A DNA stretch of 64,000 nt, from contig NC_043007.1 of assembly GCF_006345805.1 (NCBI RefSeq), positions 42,408,001-42,472,000 of the forward strand, written 5' to 3'. Origin of the DNA: Octopus sinensis. Taxonomy: Eukaryota. Shown piece after piece: positions 44,771-56,878 of the stretch. A program made the translations under genes and the position numbers. The stretch's first letter is position 1; each line of letters opens with the position of its first letter. Below the pieces are notes generated by a model. It was not told the DNA's origin and did not search any database. It worked only from the letters and a program-made list of their open reading frames with translations.

Positions 44771-44832
44771 TTGTGTTTTGATGGAACTGTCTTCTTGCGA
44801 GTAATAACTGGCACAGACACGCGTACGGCCAT
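44771..44832 (-). CDS. C2orf73: C2orf73/CIMIP6-like exon 1 (MAVRVSVPVITRKKTVPSKH)
   Basis: ATG at 44832, donor AA|gtaggt in phase 2 matching exon 2; CpG-containing region with an X-box upstream. Confidence 0.75.
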
Positions 44833-44959
44833 CCTGTTGCTGGTTAAATCTTGACTCCCAAGGAACTTGGATTAGTATGCACATGCGAACAAAGCGACAA
44901 CACGATATTCTTCTCTCAGTTGAAGAACCTCATAACGGATATACACTGTAATTACAGTC

Positions 44960-44973
44960 ATCTCCATGACAAC
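44960..44973 (-). promoter_or_regulatory. RFX X-box-like motif GTTGTCATGGAGAT, 128 bp upstream of the C2orf73-like ATG
   Basis: 14-bp near-palindrome similar to the established X-box GTNRCC-N0-3-RGYAAC; ETS-like CCGGAAAT at 45000-44993. Confidence 0.6.
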
Positions 44974-45074
44974 ATACTGTCTCAGCCTATCAATTTCCGG
45001 TTTTTAAAAAAATGAGCGGAAAATTAGCATAAATAGATATTACTGCTGTACATCTCGATCCAGCCATTCCATTC

Positions 45075-45800
45075 ATCTTCTCTGCCCACTATTCCCGAGA
45101 GGGTCGTTTGGGTATAGTCCCCAGACACCACCTCAATAGGGTCCTATAAGAAGAAACAGTCATTAGATATTCCGGATGGTTTCCCAACTGAGATTATGGA
45201 TATTATCCATCTCGTTCCTGATCTACCCCTAGGTCGCCGGTACTACTAGCGAACAGTGGTCCCGGTGCGCGCACTCGCGCATCCGTGCTAGCTAGTCGTA
45301 AGTAGTCGATCCTACAACGACTTGCTCGTATGTTTGTATTTCAAGGCTGAATATATATCAAAGAAAATTAAATAATATTTTTCGAACAAAGTAAATAAAA
45401 CGCCAAGTAAATAATTTTTTAAACTAAGTAAATAAGGGTTAGGGTTAAAAAGTCGTTGTAGGACCACTGTTCGCTAGTAGTACCTAGATCGCCTGTCTGT
45501 TGGCTCGGCTTAAAGGATCCGTATTGCGATTCTTTCCTGTGACATTCTAATAACATCCGTAGTACAGGAGCTGTAATTTCTCAATGCAGAAAAGTAGTGA
45601 CTCGCTCTGAAGAGACTCCCTATTCTCCGAACTCCGCACCCCATCGAATGACGTTACTCCGGAATCCCTTCGGATGAACCCCATTTCGGCCGCGTGTATT
45701 CGCAATTGTTCTCTTTTGGTTATCACCCAACCCTCATGACCATAGGTGAGGATATTGTTCTTTTAGTATCGAAGCATGAAGGTGAATGTTATTAGCTGCA
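45075..45800 (-). mobile_element. RTE LINE 3' fragment interrupted by a MITE
   Basis: Remnants ILTYGHEGWV, IHAAEMGFIRR, VRSSENRESLQ, MDNIHNLSW, TIPKRPSRE*. Confidence 0.8.
45239..45484. mobile_element. 246-bp Mutator-like MITE
   Basis: Perfect 24-bp TIR GGTACTACTAGCGAACAGTGGTCC; 9-bp TSD taggtcgcc / tagatcgcc (one mismatch). Confidence 0.88.
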
Positions 45801-46279
45801 ACGGGCCTCAATATAGTTACCGTTCACCAAATTTTACCCGCATGTTATTGGTTCACCTTGCCTAGTTATATTTTATTTATTTAATGATTGCATATATAAC
45901 ACGTATGTACATGATACATATCTAATACAAAACTCACATTAAAATTTAGGTTAATGTTTACTTTAACTCCCGGTCACCCAAACAAAAAGAAAATCAAGTG
46001 TAATAGGTGTAAAAATGTATAGAAAACGGATATGAAAACAAAAATTTGGGTTAATTTCTAGTTTAACACCCGGTCACAAAAAAAAAATAATAATAATGCG
46101 GTGCAATAGGTGTAAAACAATGTGCAGTAAACGAATACAAAAGAAATGCGCACTGATGAACGGGGATGGTGCAGAGAGGACTTTCGGAAAATTCACACGA
46201 TCCGATATTTCCCTTTTATAGAAATACTTTTCAAACGGCATAGATTCCCTTTCTACCCCCATCAACCCCCCACCTTTAA

Positions 46280-46329
<50 letters not shown>

Positions 46330-46919
46330 TATTATTTTTTTTTTTTTTTTACAGAAAGCCCCATTTACGGGTACGGAGATTACGGATCTGGGCAAGACTT
46401 CCGCCCGTCCCCCTCCAAACCACCCTTTTAAAAAACAATTTTTTTTTCGACACAATCCCACTCCTTTTCCAACCAAATGAAACTTGAAAGGGTATTTACA
46501 AAAGATATGAGTACCGAAATAACATCCAAATCTCCAACAAATTCTCTTGACACACACCCACACACATCTGTATGTGATGCACATACAACACGAATTCATT
46601 GAAAATATCAAAGAAATTTCATGTTACATACAGTTGGAATTTACGGGGAATAAACTTCGGAATTATGTCTTCAATTCCATTTCGAAATTTCGCGCGATGA
46701 CAGAAAATGAAATAATATGAGTGCGCATGCACAATACCTGAAAGGGAAATCAATTGACCCCCCCCCAAAAAAAAATAATAAATTAACACTTTATTGTAAC
46801 TTTCTACCACTTTCAGTCCCACTGCGTGGCACCTTGAGTAAGTGTCATCTACGATAGCCTCGGACCGACCAAAGCCTTGTGAGTGGATTTGGTAGTCGGA
46901 AACTGAAAGAAGCCCGTCG

Positions 46920-46964
<45 letters not shown>

Positions 46965-47706
46965 ATACAATGTAGTGGCTTCATGCAGGCAGAGCGTGGA
47001 TTCGATCCTCGTTTGCCAAATTTCATTTAACAGTTCAACAGCACTTTTCTTACGATAAAACAATAGTTTTTCTGAGTAACAGCAGTTACATTTGCAGAAT
47101 AATGTCTTTGCTACTTGAGCCTTCTAACCTCTTCTAAGCCACCAAAAGCTAGAATTTTACATACGTATATGTATGTGTGTGTGTTTGACCCCCTACCCAA
47201 CATCGCTTGACAACCGATGTTGGTGTGTTCACGTCCCCGTAACGTAGCGGTTCGGCAAAAGAAGACCGATAGAATAAGTACTAGGCTTACAAAGAATAAG
47301 TCCTGAGGTCGATTTGCTCGACTAAAGGCAGTGCTCCAGCATGGCTGCAGTCAAATGACAAACAAATAAAAGAATACCTTTTAAATTGTTGCGAGAAAAA
47401 CACTCACTAACAGAATATCAAGTTCGAGAGCCGTCAACAAAGAAAAAAATAACCTATTACGTATAAAAAAAACGTATAGAAGATGAATATGAAAAACAAA
47501 TTTGCGCAAATGAAAAGGAGAGGGGAGAAGACTTTCGGAAAATTCATGAAATCCGATTTAGGGCCTTACGCAGTGTATTATGGTTCGTAAAAGGTTGTGT
47601 AAATCACTGACTGAAAGTAAATCGCGGAGAAATACAATGTTTGTAGGGTAGATTACGCGCGGCGCAGAGGGTGTGGCTATCGAACCCACAGCCTCGTTTA
47701 CACACT

Positions 47707-47721
47707 GTTGCTAAGAGTTAC
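47707..47721 (+). promoter_or_regulatory. RFX X-box-like motif GTTGCTAAGAGTTAC, ~25 bp upstream of the SPATA17 ATG
   Basis: Good left half-site GTTGCT, 3-nt spacer, right half with one mismatch; CpG-rich context. Confidence 0.5.
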
Positions 47722-47745
47722 AGTCGCCAGGTACGCAAGAATAGA

Positions 47746-47816
47746 ATGACGGAATTCGTACATTTATTCGAAAATTTTGATAAACGACTGGTGCAACAAA
47801 TATACAAAGAGAAAGA
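47746..47816 (+). CDS. SPATA17: SPATA17-like exon 1 (MTEFVHLFENFDKRLVQQIYKEK)
   Basis: ATG, open frame, GA|gtaagt donor in phase 2 matching exon 2; position and length fit the SPATA17 N-terminus. Confidence 0.75.
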
Positions 47817-48632
47817 GTAAGTTCCAACCAGCAGCTAAATCACACTGTTGATTTCAACAACTGTTAATGTTTGTGTCAGTTTGAATAGTTTGGTATTTAA
47901 CCCTAGGTCACCCTACATCAGAGGTCCTATGACCAAAGGTTGTTTGCACTTTGACTGTCCTATCAATTCTATCTTTATTTTATTTTAGTTTTTTCTTAGG
48001 TATGTCTTAGATTTCATTGTTTCCTCCCTTATTAAGGCGATAGGGTGTGATCTGAACGAAATTTTACTGCTATTTTTAACAAATCAAGTGACTACATAAA
48101 GGCTTCCTAATTGAATGAATGTGTGTGTGTGTGGAAATGTTTTGCTTTGTCTTTTATTATAATTCTATTGATATCAAAGATACCTTATAGGAATATTAAA
48201 TGAACTTCATTACTTAATTGGTACTTTATTGACTTCAGGATGATGAAAGACAGGATTTGAACTCCGTATGTAAAGGACCACACTGCAAAGGTTTTGTCCT
48301 ACATTCTTACAGTTCTGCCAACCTCCGCCTATGTCCATGCGTCTTTAGCCATTCAGCCCTGATTCAACAGACCTATGATTAAAGTTGGTCCAGCTAAGAC
48401 CATCCAATTGGGGAGGGGGGAGTATACTATATCTAGAACTTTTCTTTCAGACGGTTGCATATGATTTCAAGGAGAATTTGATTGCTATTTCTAGCCAATC
48501 GTGTGTCAGTATAGGTACCATCTCATTGATATGTTCATGCTTCGTTGCTGAAGATGATCATGTTACTGCTATTATTAAATAAAGGCAATGGTGTGTGTGT
48601 GTGTAGTGCATTGTGCATGGTTTATATTAATT

Positions 48633-48663
<31 letters not shown>

Positions 48664-48675
48664 GTATGTATGTAT

Positions 48676-51365
48676 GTCATTGCTCAGTTTTATTTCAAAA
48701 TTTCTTGCCAATAGAGAAAGAGCCGGTTTCTAACCTAGATTCAAGACTCCTTCATTGGAATTTCAACATCAACAACAGGGTATTTTTGTTTGTTTGTATG
48801 TATGCATGCAGATTTGTATGCTTTGCTTTATACATGTATTCTCATGCATATACTTGCATATCAAGACATGCTCATATATATTGAAATGATAAACTTTTGG
48901 AAAGTTTTACAGATTTTTTCAGTTCCAGTGATGGATTGGATCTGTGGTCTTCCAATTAGCTTTCTCCTTTCTGGTTTTGCGAAGCCTAATTTATCAAGAT
49001 TGATGTTTAGGCAGTATGTTACATATCCCAGATCTCCAATAATTACAGGTATAAACCTGAATGTAATCTGGATAACTGCAGATTTCTCAGTGATTCAGCG
49101 TAGGTATTCTCTTTGTCATTGATCTTCAGTTTTATGTTAACATCCGCTGGGCAGCTAATTTCTACAATAATGCACAGTTTCTCTTCTCTATCCCAAATCA
49201 TTATATTAGGTCTGTTGTGCTTTTATTATGAGTGGCTATGGCTTCTACCATGCTGTGGCTTCTTATTTATTTATCCTCAGGTTTATCCTTCCAACAGATT
49301 TCATTACAGAGTGTCCTAGCTACAACATCATGTCTTGTTGGTAGATAATATCATGATGACATTTTCGGACAACTGCTTATGATGTGGGTGATGTCTTTGG
49401 CATTAACTCCACAAAGTTTGCATCTGTTGTCACATTTTACTGCTTTTCCTAAATCTCTAATCCTTTTGCGCATCAGGTACTTGGTTTATATTTCTTGTTC
49501 CTGAATTGCAAATGCATACCCTTGAGAATGGAAGGTAGTAATCCGGCTATTGGTCCATGATAAACTGTTTTGATGATCGATGTTACTATCATCTCGGAGC
49601 TTTCTACTAACATATCCATGCATAGTCTTCTGCTCATATAGGTTCATCCTTTCATCTGATGATACATTGCAGAAGAGTTGTGTGACTTCTTTGGGCATGT
49701 ATTCTAAGTTATCAGACAAAGACTGTTGCTGCCTTCCAAGTCTTATGATGTTATCAGTCTCATGTATGCAAACTTGGTCAAGGGATGCACTTCAACACTT
49801 GTTGGTTAAAAGATGTTGCCGAAGGAATATGATACAACATTCAAAGGCATTTTGGATCGATGTTTAGTCTCTGCCGCCTTCTTTCATTTTAGGTAGAGGC
49901 GGTCTACATCACTGTTAATGTGGAAATTATGTGTGCTTGTTAGTATTTCTCGGGGTTTCACATCAATGGTTCAGATCTCATCAAGCAGCCCAAATGCTGG
50001 TATGAGTACTGGCACTGCAAACACATTGTGGGCCACTGTTTTATTGAATACAGAGAGTTCTGATGTCCAAATTTTCTTTATTTGACTGTAATATTCTTTA
50101 GTGACATGTATTTTGTTACTGGTGCCATTGTAAGATATGCTTCTATCCACCCCCAGATACGTGTAACATTCCTCATCAGATTTAGGGGAAACAGTCAAAT
50201 CATTGATGGAGGTATTAATAGCCTGGTTTATAGTTTTCCCCCTTTTTATAACTATATAACAACATTTATAACTATATAACAACCAAGCATGGCTGCAGCT
50301 CTGAGCTGAAACTAGAAAAAAAAAAAAAATTTATCCTGACCAAACTCCAACCGTACATCCTTTGAGAATGTTTTACTTAGATCAAGGCTCTTTTTCATCT
50401 CATGCATATTCTTTGCATAAAGTTTCAAGTCATCCACAAAGAAACAGTGTGTAATTTTGGTATTTCTGTTTCTTTATGAACCTGTGAGATATCCTTCAGG
50501 CTGCCATAATATGAATGACAAGAGGTTTACAGAAAGTACAAACAACATCATAGAGAGGCTGTCCCTTTGGAATATGTCTTTGTGATACTGTATTCTATCC
50601 GTAATAATACAGTCACTCTTTGTGTTTAATTTCAAGATGGTGGCCAACGATGAAGTCAGGTCAGTTATGGCTTTGACTAAGTCCACTGGAACTTTAGCAA
50701 GTTGAAGGGCTTCTGGCATCTGTGAGTTGGGAACAGAATCAAAGGCTTTCTTGTTGTCTAGCTACATTGAAACTAGGTTCCTCCTATGCTCTGACACCTC
50801 TGACATCACGGTTTTGTTTATTCACAATTGCTTGGCACATCTCCAGACTCCCTTTCTTCCCAGCTACTTGTTCTGCTGTGATGATGTTATTGGTTTCACT
50901 ATGGCCCTGGAGGAAGAGGTTTAAGCATGCTGTATATATCCTATACATTAAGTTCTGGCATTCAATTAGGGTTAGGGTAGTTTTTGCCATGTGGGAGGTT
51001 CTGCATTTGGGGATCAATTTTGTCTCTGCCAGAGCTAACCAGTGTGGTATGCTACTGTTTCCAATGAGAACTTGCTGGTACTGGTTGATAAAATATGGTC
51101 AGTAGAATTTTAGCTTCTTGTACTAATATTCAACAATTAAGTTTCTTCCAGGTGCTTTCCCATCCTGGAGTTTCTGGATCACAGTTGCAAGAGTTTCATC
51201 ATCAATGTTGTTTCTTGGGTGTAACGTAGGAGCAATAACTTTGAATTTCTTCCAGCCAGAGAGCATCTTAGTTAAACACTTTCTCTTCATTCCAGATTTT
51301 CCTCCAGAAGGAATCTATGTCTTCTCATGAGGGAGCTTCCATGATGTTCACTGCTCCTCCTCTCA
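48676..51365 (-). mobile_element. 5'-truncated, decayed R4/Dong-like non-LTR retrotransposon (RT, CCHC knuckle, restriction-like endonuclease region) in SPATA17 intron 1
   Basis: Remnants NLMYRIYTACL, EQVAGKKG, IFQRDSLS, FFVDDLKLY, YTYLGV, CKLCGVNAKDITHIISSC, RHDVVA; 3' UTR with AATAAA abutting a (TACA/TA)n tract. Confidence 0.82.
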
Positions 51366-51775
51366 TGTCTCTGGATACTGCTGCCTGGTTCCAGTTAAAT
51401 TTTTTGTTTATGTATGTTTGTGCATGTGTTCTTACTTAAAAATGTCTATGAAAGATGTTCTATAATTTCATTCACACTTAGGATATGTTATACGAGCATT
51501 AAATCAATCACCAGTATTAGCAGCTTTTTTATTTTATCCAAACCCACAAGGGACAAAAGGCAAAGTTGACCGTGGCAAGATTTGAACTCAGAACATAAAG
51601 TGCTATAATTACAGAGTGCTAGACATTTTGTTTGATGTTCAAATGATTCAGTCAATTATCTAATCAGCTACTTCTATCAGATTTACACTGAGATGACTGC
51701 AATTATTCAACAACAACCATCATACTGAGCACTATAATTATTTTTCTTCTCTCTCTTCCTCTATCTCTTATTCAG

Positions 51776-51865
51776 TGAAGCAGAAAAGCACCGTAATTAT
51801 GAATATTCTGCTAGTGTTAAAATCCAGTCATGGTATCGTGGTGCAAGATCAAGATTTTATCTTAG
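51776..51865 (+). CDS. SPATA17: SPATA17-like exon 2, IQ motif 1 (EAEKHRNYEYSASVKIQSWYRGARSRFYL)
   Basis: ttcag acceptor and gtaagt donor; matches AAVKIQSWFRG of SPATA17. Confidence 0.92.
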
Positions 51866-52736
51866 GTAAGTGGAGAATTCTTTCTTCAGACTCTGTCTTT
51901 CTTGTTAACTTTTTTTTAATCAAGTTCCTCCTATTCTGAGGAATGGTGTTGTGTTTGAGAAGTTCACTTGTTAACCACATGGTTTGGGGCTCAATCCCAC
52001 TGCATGGCATCTTACACGGAGTCTTGGGAGTGAAATTTGGGTGACAGAAACTATGTGGAGGCCTGTCAGAAGGACTGTTTCTATTTTTGTATGATAGATT
52101 TAATCTGTTGCTGGTTAAACACCATGACCTGGCTGTCAAGTGCCTTCAGTAGAGTACACCTTGTTGATAGCAGATAAGCCGTATCTCCACTCCAAGGATA
52201 AATTCCTCCTTTCCTGACATAAGTTTCGGAAGCCCAGAAAAAGGCCATAAAGCACTAGCCTTGTCTTGACTAAGCTGTAAAATATAATTAAAATATCCCA
52301 CTTCTCTCTCTCTTTCTCTCTTTCTCTCTCTCTCTCTTCTCACACACACACACAGTAACATCTATCATGTTGTATTCTCTGTTTTTCCTCTACTATTATT
52401 GCAACTCGCTCTCTTCTAAGGTGCCACACTTGTGTCAATTTTCTGTCACTATTTTGATGTACAAGATGCTATTGTTATTTTAGACTACATCACAGTACTA
52501 TGTCCAAAAAACATTCACCTTTGTAGAATCTATCTCTATTTCCTCCAAGCAAAAAAAAAAAAAAAAAGAAAAAGAAAAAAAGACAAAACAACTCTATGTA
52601 TCTATTAGTGTGATACTGACTGGGAAAGACTAAAAAAATGTTGAGAATTGTAAAAGTCTTCTTAATTTACTATTTATTTAACAAGATATCTCTTTTGCTG
52701 TCTTTCTTTTTTTTTTTTTTTCTGCTGACTATCAAG

Positions 52737-52818
52737 ATTCATGAACAATGCAGCAATCACCATACAAAAACACTGGAAAGGCTACATGGCACGTATTTAC
52801 TACCAAAAATCCACCTGG
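52737..52818 (+). CDS. SPATA17: SPATA17-like exon 3, IQ motif 2 (FMNNAAITIQKHWKGYMARIYYQKSTW)
   Basis: Poly-T tract with AAG acceptor, gtaaat donor, phase 2 to 0; IQxxWxGY motif. Confidence 0.9.
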
Positions 52819-55006
52819 GTAAATATATTCCTACAATACTTTTTCTGGCATTTTCTATAGATAATTTCAGAGAGAGAGAGACAACTTAGTCATGACAGAA
52901 TAGAGAACTGCTCTCTAAAGGGAATTTATTTAACATCCCAGTACATCATTGTGTATCCATCCCCAAGATACTCATATCTTAAATTACATAATCCATCTGT
53001 AAATAGGTACCATGAATAATACAGTTCATTACCTTAAACAATTAATTAAACCTAAGTAGATTTGTAGATTTAATTCAAATCCTAATTTGGGTATAGTGTG
53101 AACAGAGTTGATAATGCAAAACATTCTCCAAAAATTTGCTGAAGAAGTCTTACATTGGTGTTACAAGGATCAAGTGGATTATGGGAATTAGTACCCCATT
53201 TGGTTTTTGTTATGCAACTATATGTAGAACCACATTACCTTTGTCCTACTTTAATTATTAGGAAAAAATCTAGTGGTTCTTCAACTCGTTTTTAAAGAAG
53301 TAATATTGCTTTTATTTTGAGTTATCTCCCTTGCGTCAGGTTGAGTGAATCGTAGTTCAATCATGTTTACTTCTTATTGATGAGTTAAGTTTTGATTAAA
53401 GTTAATAGTACTTATTACAGTAAGTACTACTTATTGTGTGTTACTGCTGATTTTAGCATTTATCTTCCATACAAATGATATCCCTGGATTTTTCCCATGA
53501 GATTTTGTTGTCATACTAGAATATGTATTTACTCTGTGTTGATTTAACAGACATGTAAATGACTAGGCTTCACTGTAGAGGTTTTAATAAGACCAAAATA
53601 TATGTAGCATTGTCACTTTATCAAATAGCAAACTGTTCTTCCCGTTGCTGGATGCATCAGAACATTTAAATTTAACACCAAAATATTAGTTCCGATTTGG
53701 AGTTGTCTCCCTTACATTAGTTTGATATTCTTAACTTTTGATCAACAATTCTTCACAATACTAGTCTTAATATATCAAAATTATCATACTCACCACATTA
53801 AGTAGGTTAATGTTTACTTTACTTATTACAAGTTAATCTGTTTTGCGTTTCACAATATAATTATATTACATCATAATGATCTAATATAATTGAAAGAACC
53901 TTTAAAATTAACAGAAGATGATGATGATGAAAGGTGCAAGTCTACTTTCTAACCGCAGATTCTCCAGTTCAGTCCCACTGAGTGGCACTTTGGGCAAGCA
54001 TCTCTTTCTCTAGCCTTTGTCCAACCAAAGCCTTGTGAGTAAATCTGGTAGATTGAAACTGAAAGAAGCGTATTTATGTATGCATGCATTCATGCATGCA
54101 TGTATATATGGGTGTATATGTTACAGTCTCCTTACCTTGATTTCATGTGATAGTTATGAACAAAAGTCACAGCAGTATCTTTCATTTCCAATCTTCTGTG
54201 AAAATATGTCTGGTCATGGGGAATATTGCCTTGCTTGGAAAAAGGGCTGTAGAAAATGTACCCCCAAGTAATTCCTTCTGATCCATGCAAGCAGAGAAAA
54301 ATGGACATTAAATGATGATGATGATATATGGCTGTGTGGTTAAAAAGTTTGCCTCCCATGTTAGAAGCATTTTAGACAAGTATCTTCTGTCTTCTGCTTT
54401 CACTTTTGGATTATTAAAGCATTGTGGGAGGATTTAGTAGAAAGAATTGAAGTATGCAGTGGGGAGTGAGTGTAATCTTCAGCAAATACAGTGACAACTG
54501 CTGACATGTTTTAGTCTTATTAGAGCTCTTCAGCAAAGCATAGACTTTATCAATACTGCCAGACCCTAGATAACGGCTGAGTAAATTAACGTTGATAGGC
54601 ATGACAACTTAAAGCAGTGACTGTGATGAGGACAAGTTACCTAGGGACGTCTTCTGCATGAAAAAAAACCCCAGTTAAATTGAGGCTATCATATGTTGAA
54701 TGATAAATGTAGAGAATAAAAAAAATTTATTAATTAAAATTACAACTAAAATGAGGAAGAAAATCATTAGATTTAATCATTTAAACTCAGTAAAAATAAA
54801 ATTGTATGACAAATTCTAATTTGCATTAATGAACGATCTAACATTATAAAAAGTAAGAAATTTTAATACATTATTCTAGATTATTCTAAGGCTTTGTTGA
54901 ATATGGACAGTCAATATATGTTGCAGTGATGTTGATGACAATGTGTGATTATAATGACGAAAATAATGAGTAAAGTTTCACTTTTCCAACATTTCAACTT
55001 TTACAG

Positions 55007-55057
55007 GATTTTTTCCTGAAAATGTGCATTGAACATTACATAGCAATGGCTACTAAG
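55007..55057 (+). CDS. SPATA17: SPATA17-like exon 4 (DFFLKMCIEHYIAMATK)
   Basis: ttacag acceptor and gtaagt donor, phase 0 to 0; resembles SPATA17 YNAMAVR. Confidence 0.9.
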
Positions 55058-55172
55058 GTAAGTGCTAATTTAACTTCTACACACCAAACTTTATGTAAAC
55101 TTAGCCAGCTACACACACACTCATACAACTCAACTGAGCATGCACATGCACCCTTGCATGTGTACACACACG

Positions 55173-55218
<46 letters not shown>

Positions 55219-56774
55219 CTGACCATCATATGCTCTGTCTAACTACTTCACTAAATTCACATCTCAGTAAATTCTTTCATGAAAATTTATCCAATTGGCT
55301 CCCTAACAGGCCCCCACCCACCCAGAACTATTTCCATTCCTCATCATCCCTGCCCACACTATTTCCACCAATCATCTCTTTTCTGTGCCTTCAGCCACTG
55401 CTTTCTTTCTCCCACCTCTGCTATGCTCCATTCTAAACATCCTAACTTATCTACTATCATTTACAATATCCTCTCATGTCTACTATCATGACCCACCTAC
55501 TGTACCCTTTAAGTATCTCTATATTTCCCTTCCCACTGTTCCTACACCTTGCACATCATCCCACAACTTTCTGTTCTATTCTCCTTCCTCAGCCACTCCT
55601 ATTTTCCTGTCTTACCACTCTACATACAGGTATTTCCCATCATCTGCATCCCACCCTAGTTCATCACTCACTACATTAACTTCCACCTCTACCTGGTTAC
55701 TCTCCCCACCTCCCATACTCTTATGAAAGCATCCATTCTTTCATCATCCCGTTACCCCACTGTCCATGTAATCTTTTATACTCACCTTCTTGTACCTTAG
55801 GAACTTGCTCTGGTATCCTACCACTACCTTCCTTTTATCGCCCTCAGTCATGTATCGCCTCTGTAGCAAGACACCTGTACTTGTCTCTCTATCATACTTT
55901 AGCCTTTCAACACCTGGGATACAACCACTCACCTCCACCTTCCCCTCCAAAATACTTCTGCTTAGTAGTGGGAGTTTTCTCCCTTCCCTTTTTCCCCTGT
56001 TCTTTTTTGCCTTACTAGTTACATGACAACCTCACTAGTGCCAGTGACAAGAAAAAAGCATACTCTTTAATGTGGTTGGCACATCCAGCCACAGGAACCA
56101 TGCCAAAAATGACACTGGAGCTTGACATAACCCTACAACTCACTGGTTTCCTGTCAAACTATCCAAGCCATGCCAGCATGGAAAGCAGACATTAAATGAT
56201 GATGATGACTTCTAAATCCTCACAACTCACCCCAGTCAAATTTTCCCCTGGCATACATGAGAAACACAGGGCTAGAGTAACTACAAGCTCACTTCCTACT
56301 GTAAGGTGCTAATGCCCAGTAATACACTGGAATCAATTCTATAAACTGACTACAAGCTATTTGCATCCCACCCCAATTTCAAATATGAGTCTTAGGATGA
56401 TAAGCCTATCACACAGCCCTGTTAAACATCACTCCTTGGCTTTTAGATGCAGTTAGACAAGTTCACTATGCTGCAATCATCTGAACCAGAACCTTGGTTC
56501 CCTCAATGTCTTTTTACCCTGCAGACATCAAACAGCAGACATTCAGGTTGAACATTCATTGATTGTATTAATCTCATTTTCATCAGCATGAGAGAAAGGC
56601 CTAAAAAGATTCTGAGGTGTAGATTTAGAAATGTTTAGAAAGGTGAAAACTTTTAAGTAGCAATAAATTCACTAAGTTTAAGTTCACTCTTAGTGGCTGG
56701 TGGAAACTGGTTTACTCTTACACCATTGAGATAAAAGGTTAATGAGAAATTGATGAAATTTTTTCATTCTTCAG

Positions 56775-56878
56775 ATTCAGAAGACATGGAGAGGTTACCA
56801 GAGTCGCAAGAAAAAATTTGACTACTACAAGAGGAAGTGTTACCTAGAAAATGTTTGTCGCAAAAATGAAATAGTCTT
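56775..56878 (+). CDS. SPATA17: SPATA17-like exon 5, IQ motif 3 (IQKTWRGYQSRKKKFDYYKRKCYLENVCRKNEIV)
   Basis: cttcag acceptor and gtaagt donor; matches IQRRWRGYRVRKYLFNYYYLKEYL. Confidence 0.93.

Noticed and set aside
46975-47025. tRNA-like B-box (ggattcgatcc); similar motif at ~47665-47685 on the minus strand
   Set aside because: No cloverleaf can be formed; at most degenerate SINE heads
47725-47736. Donor-like CCAG|GTACGC just before the SPATA17 ATG
   Set aside because: Leaves almost no exon after the X-box and would discard the phase-matched coding exon 1
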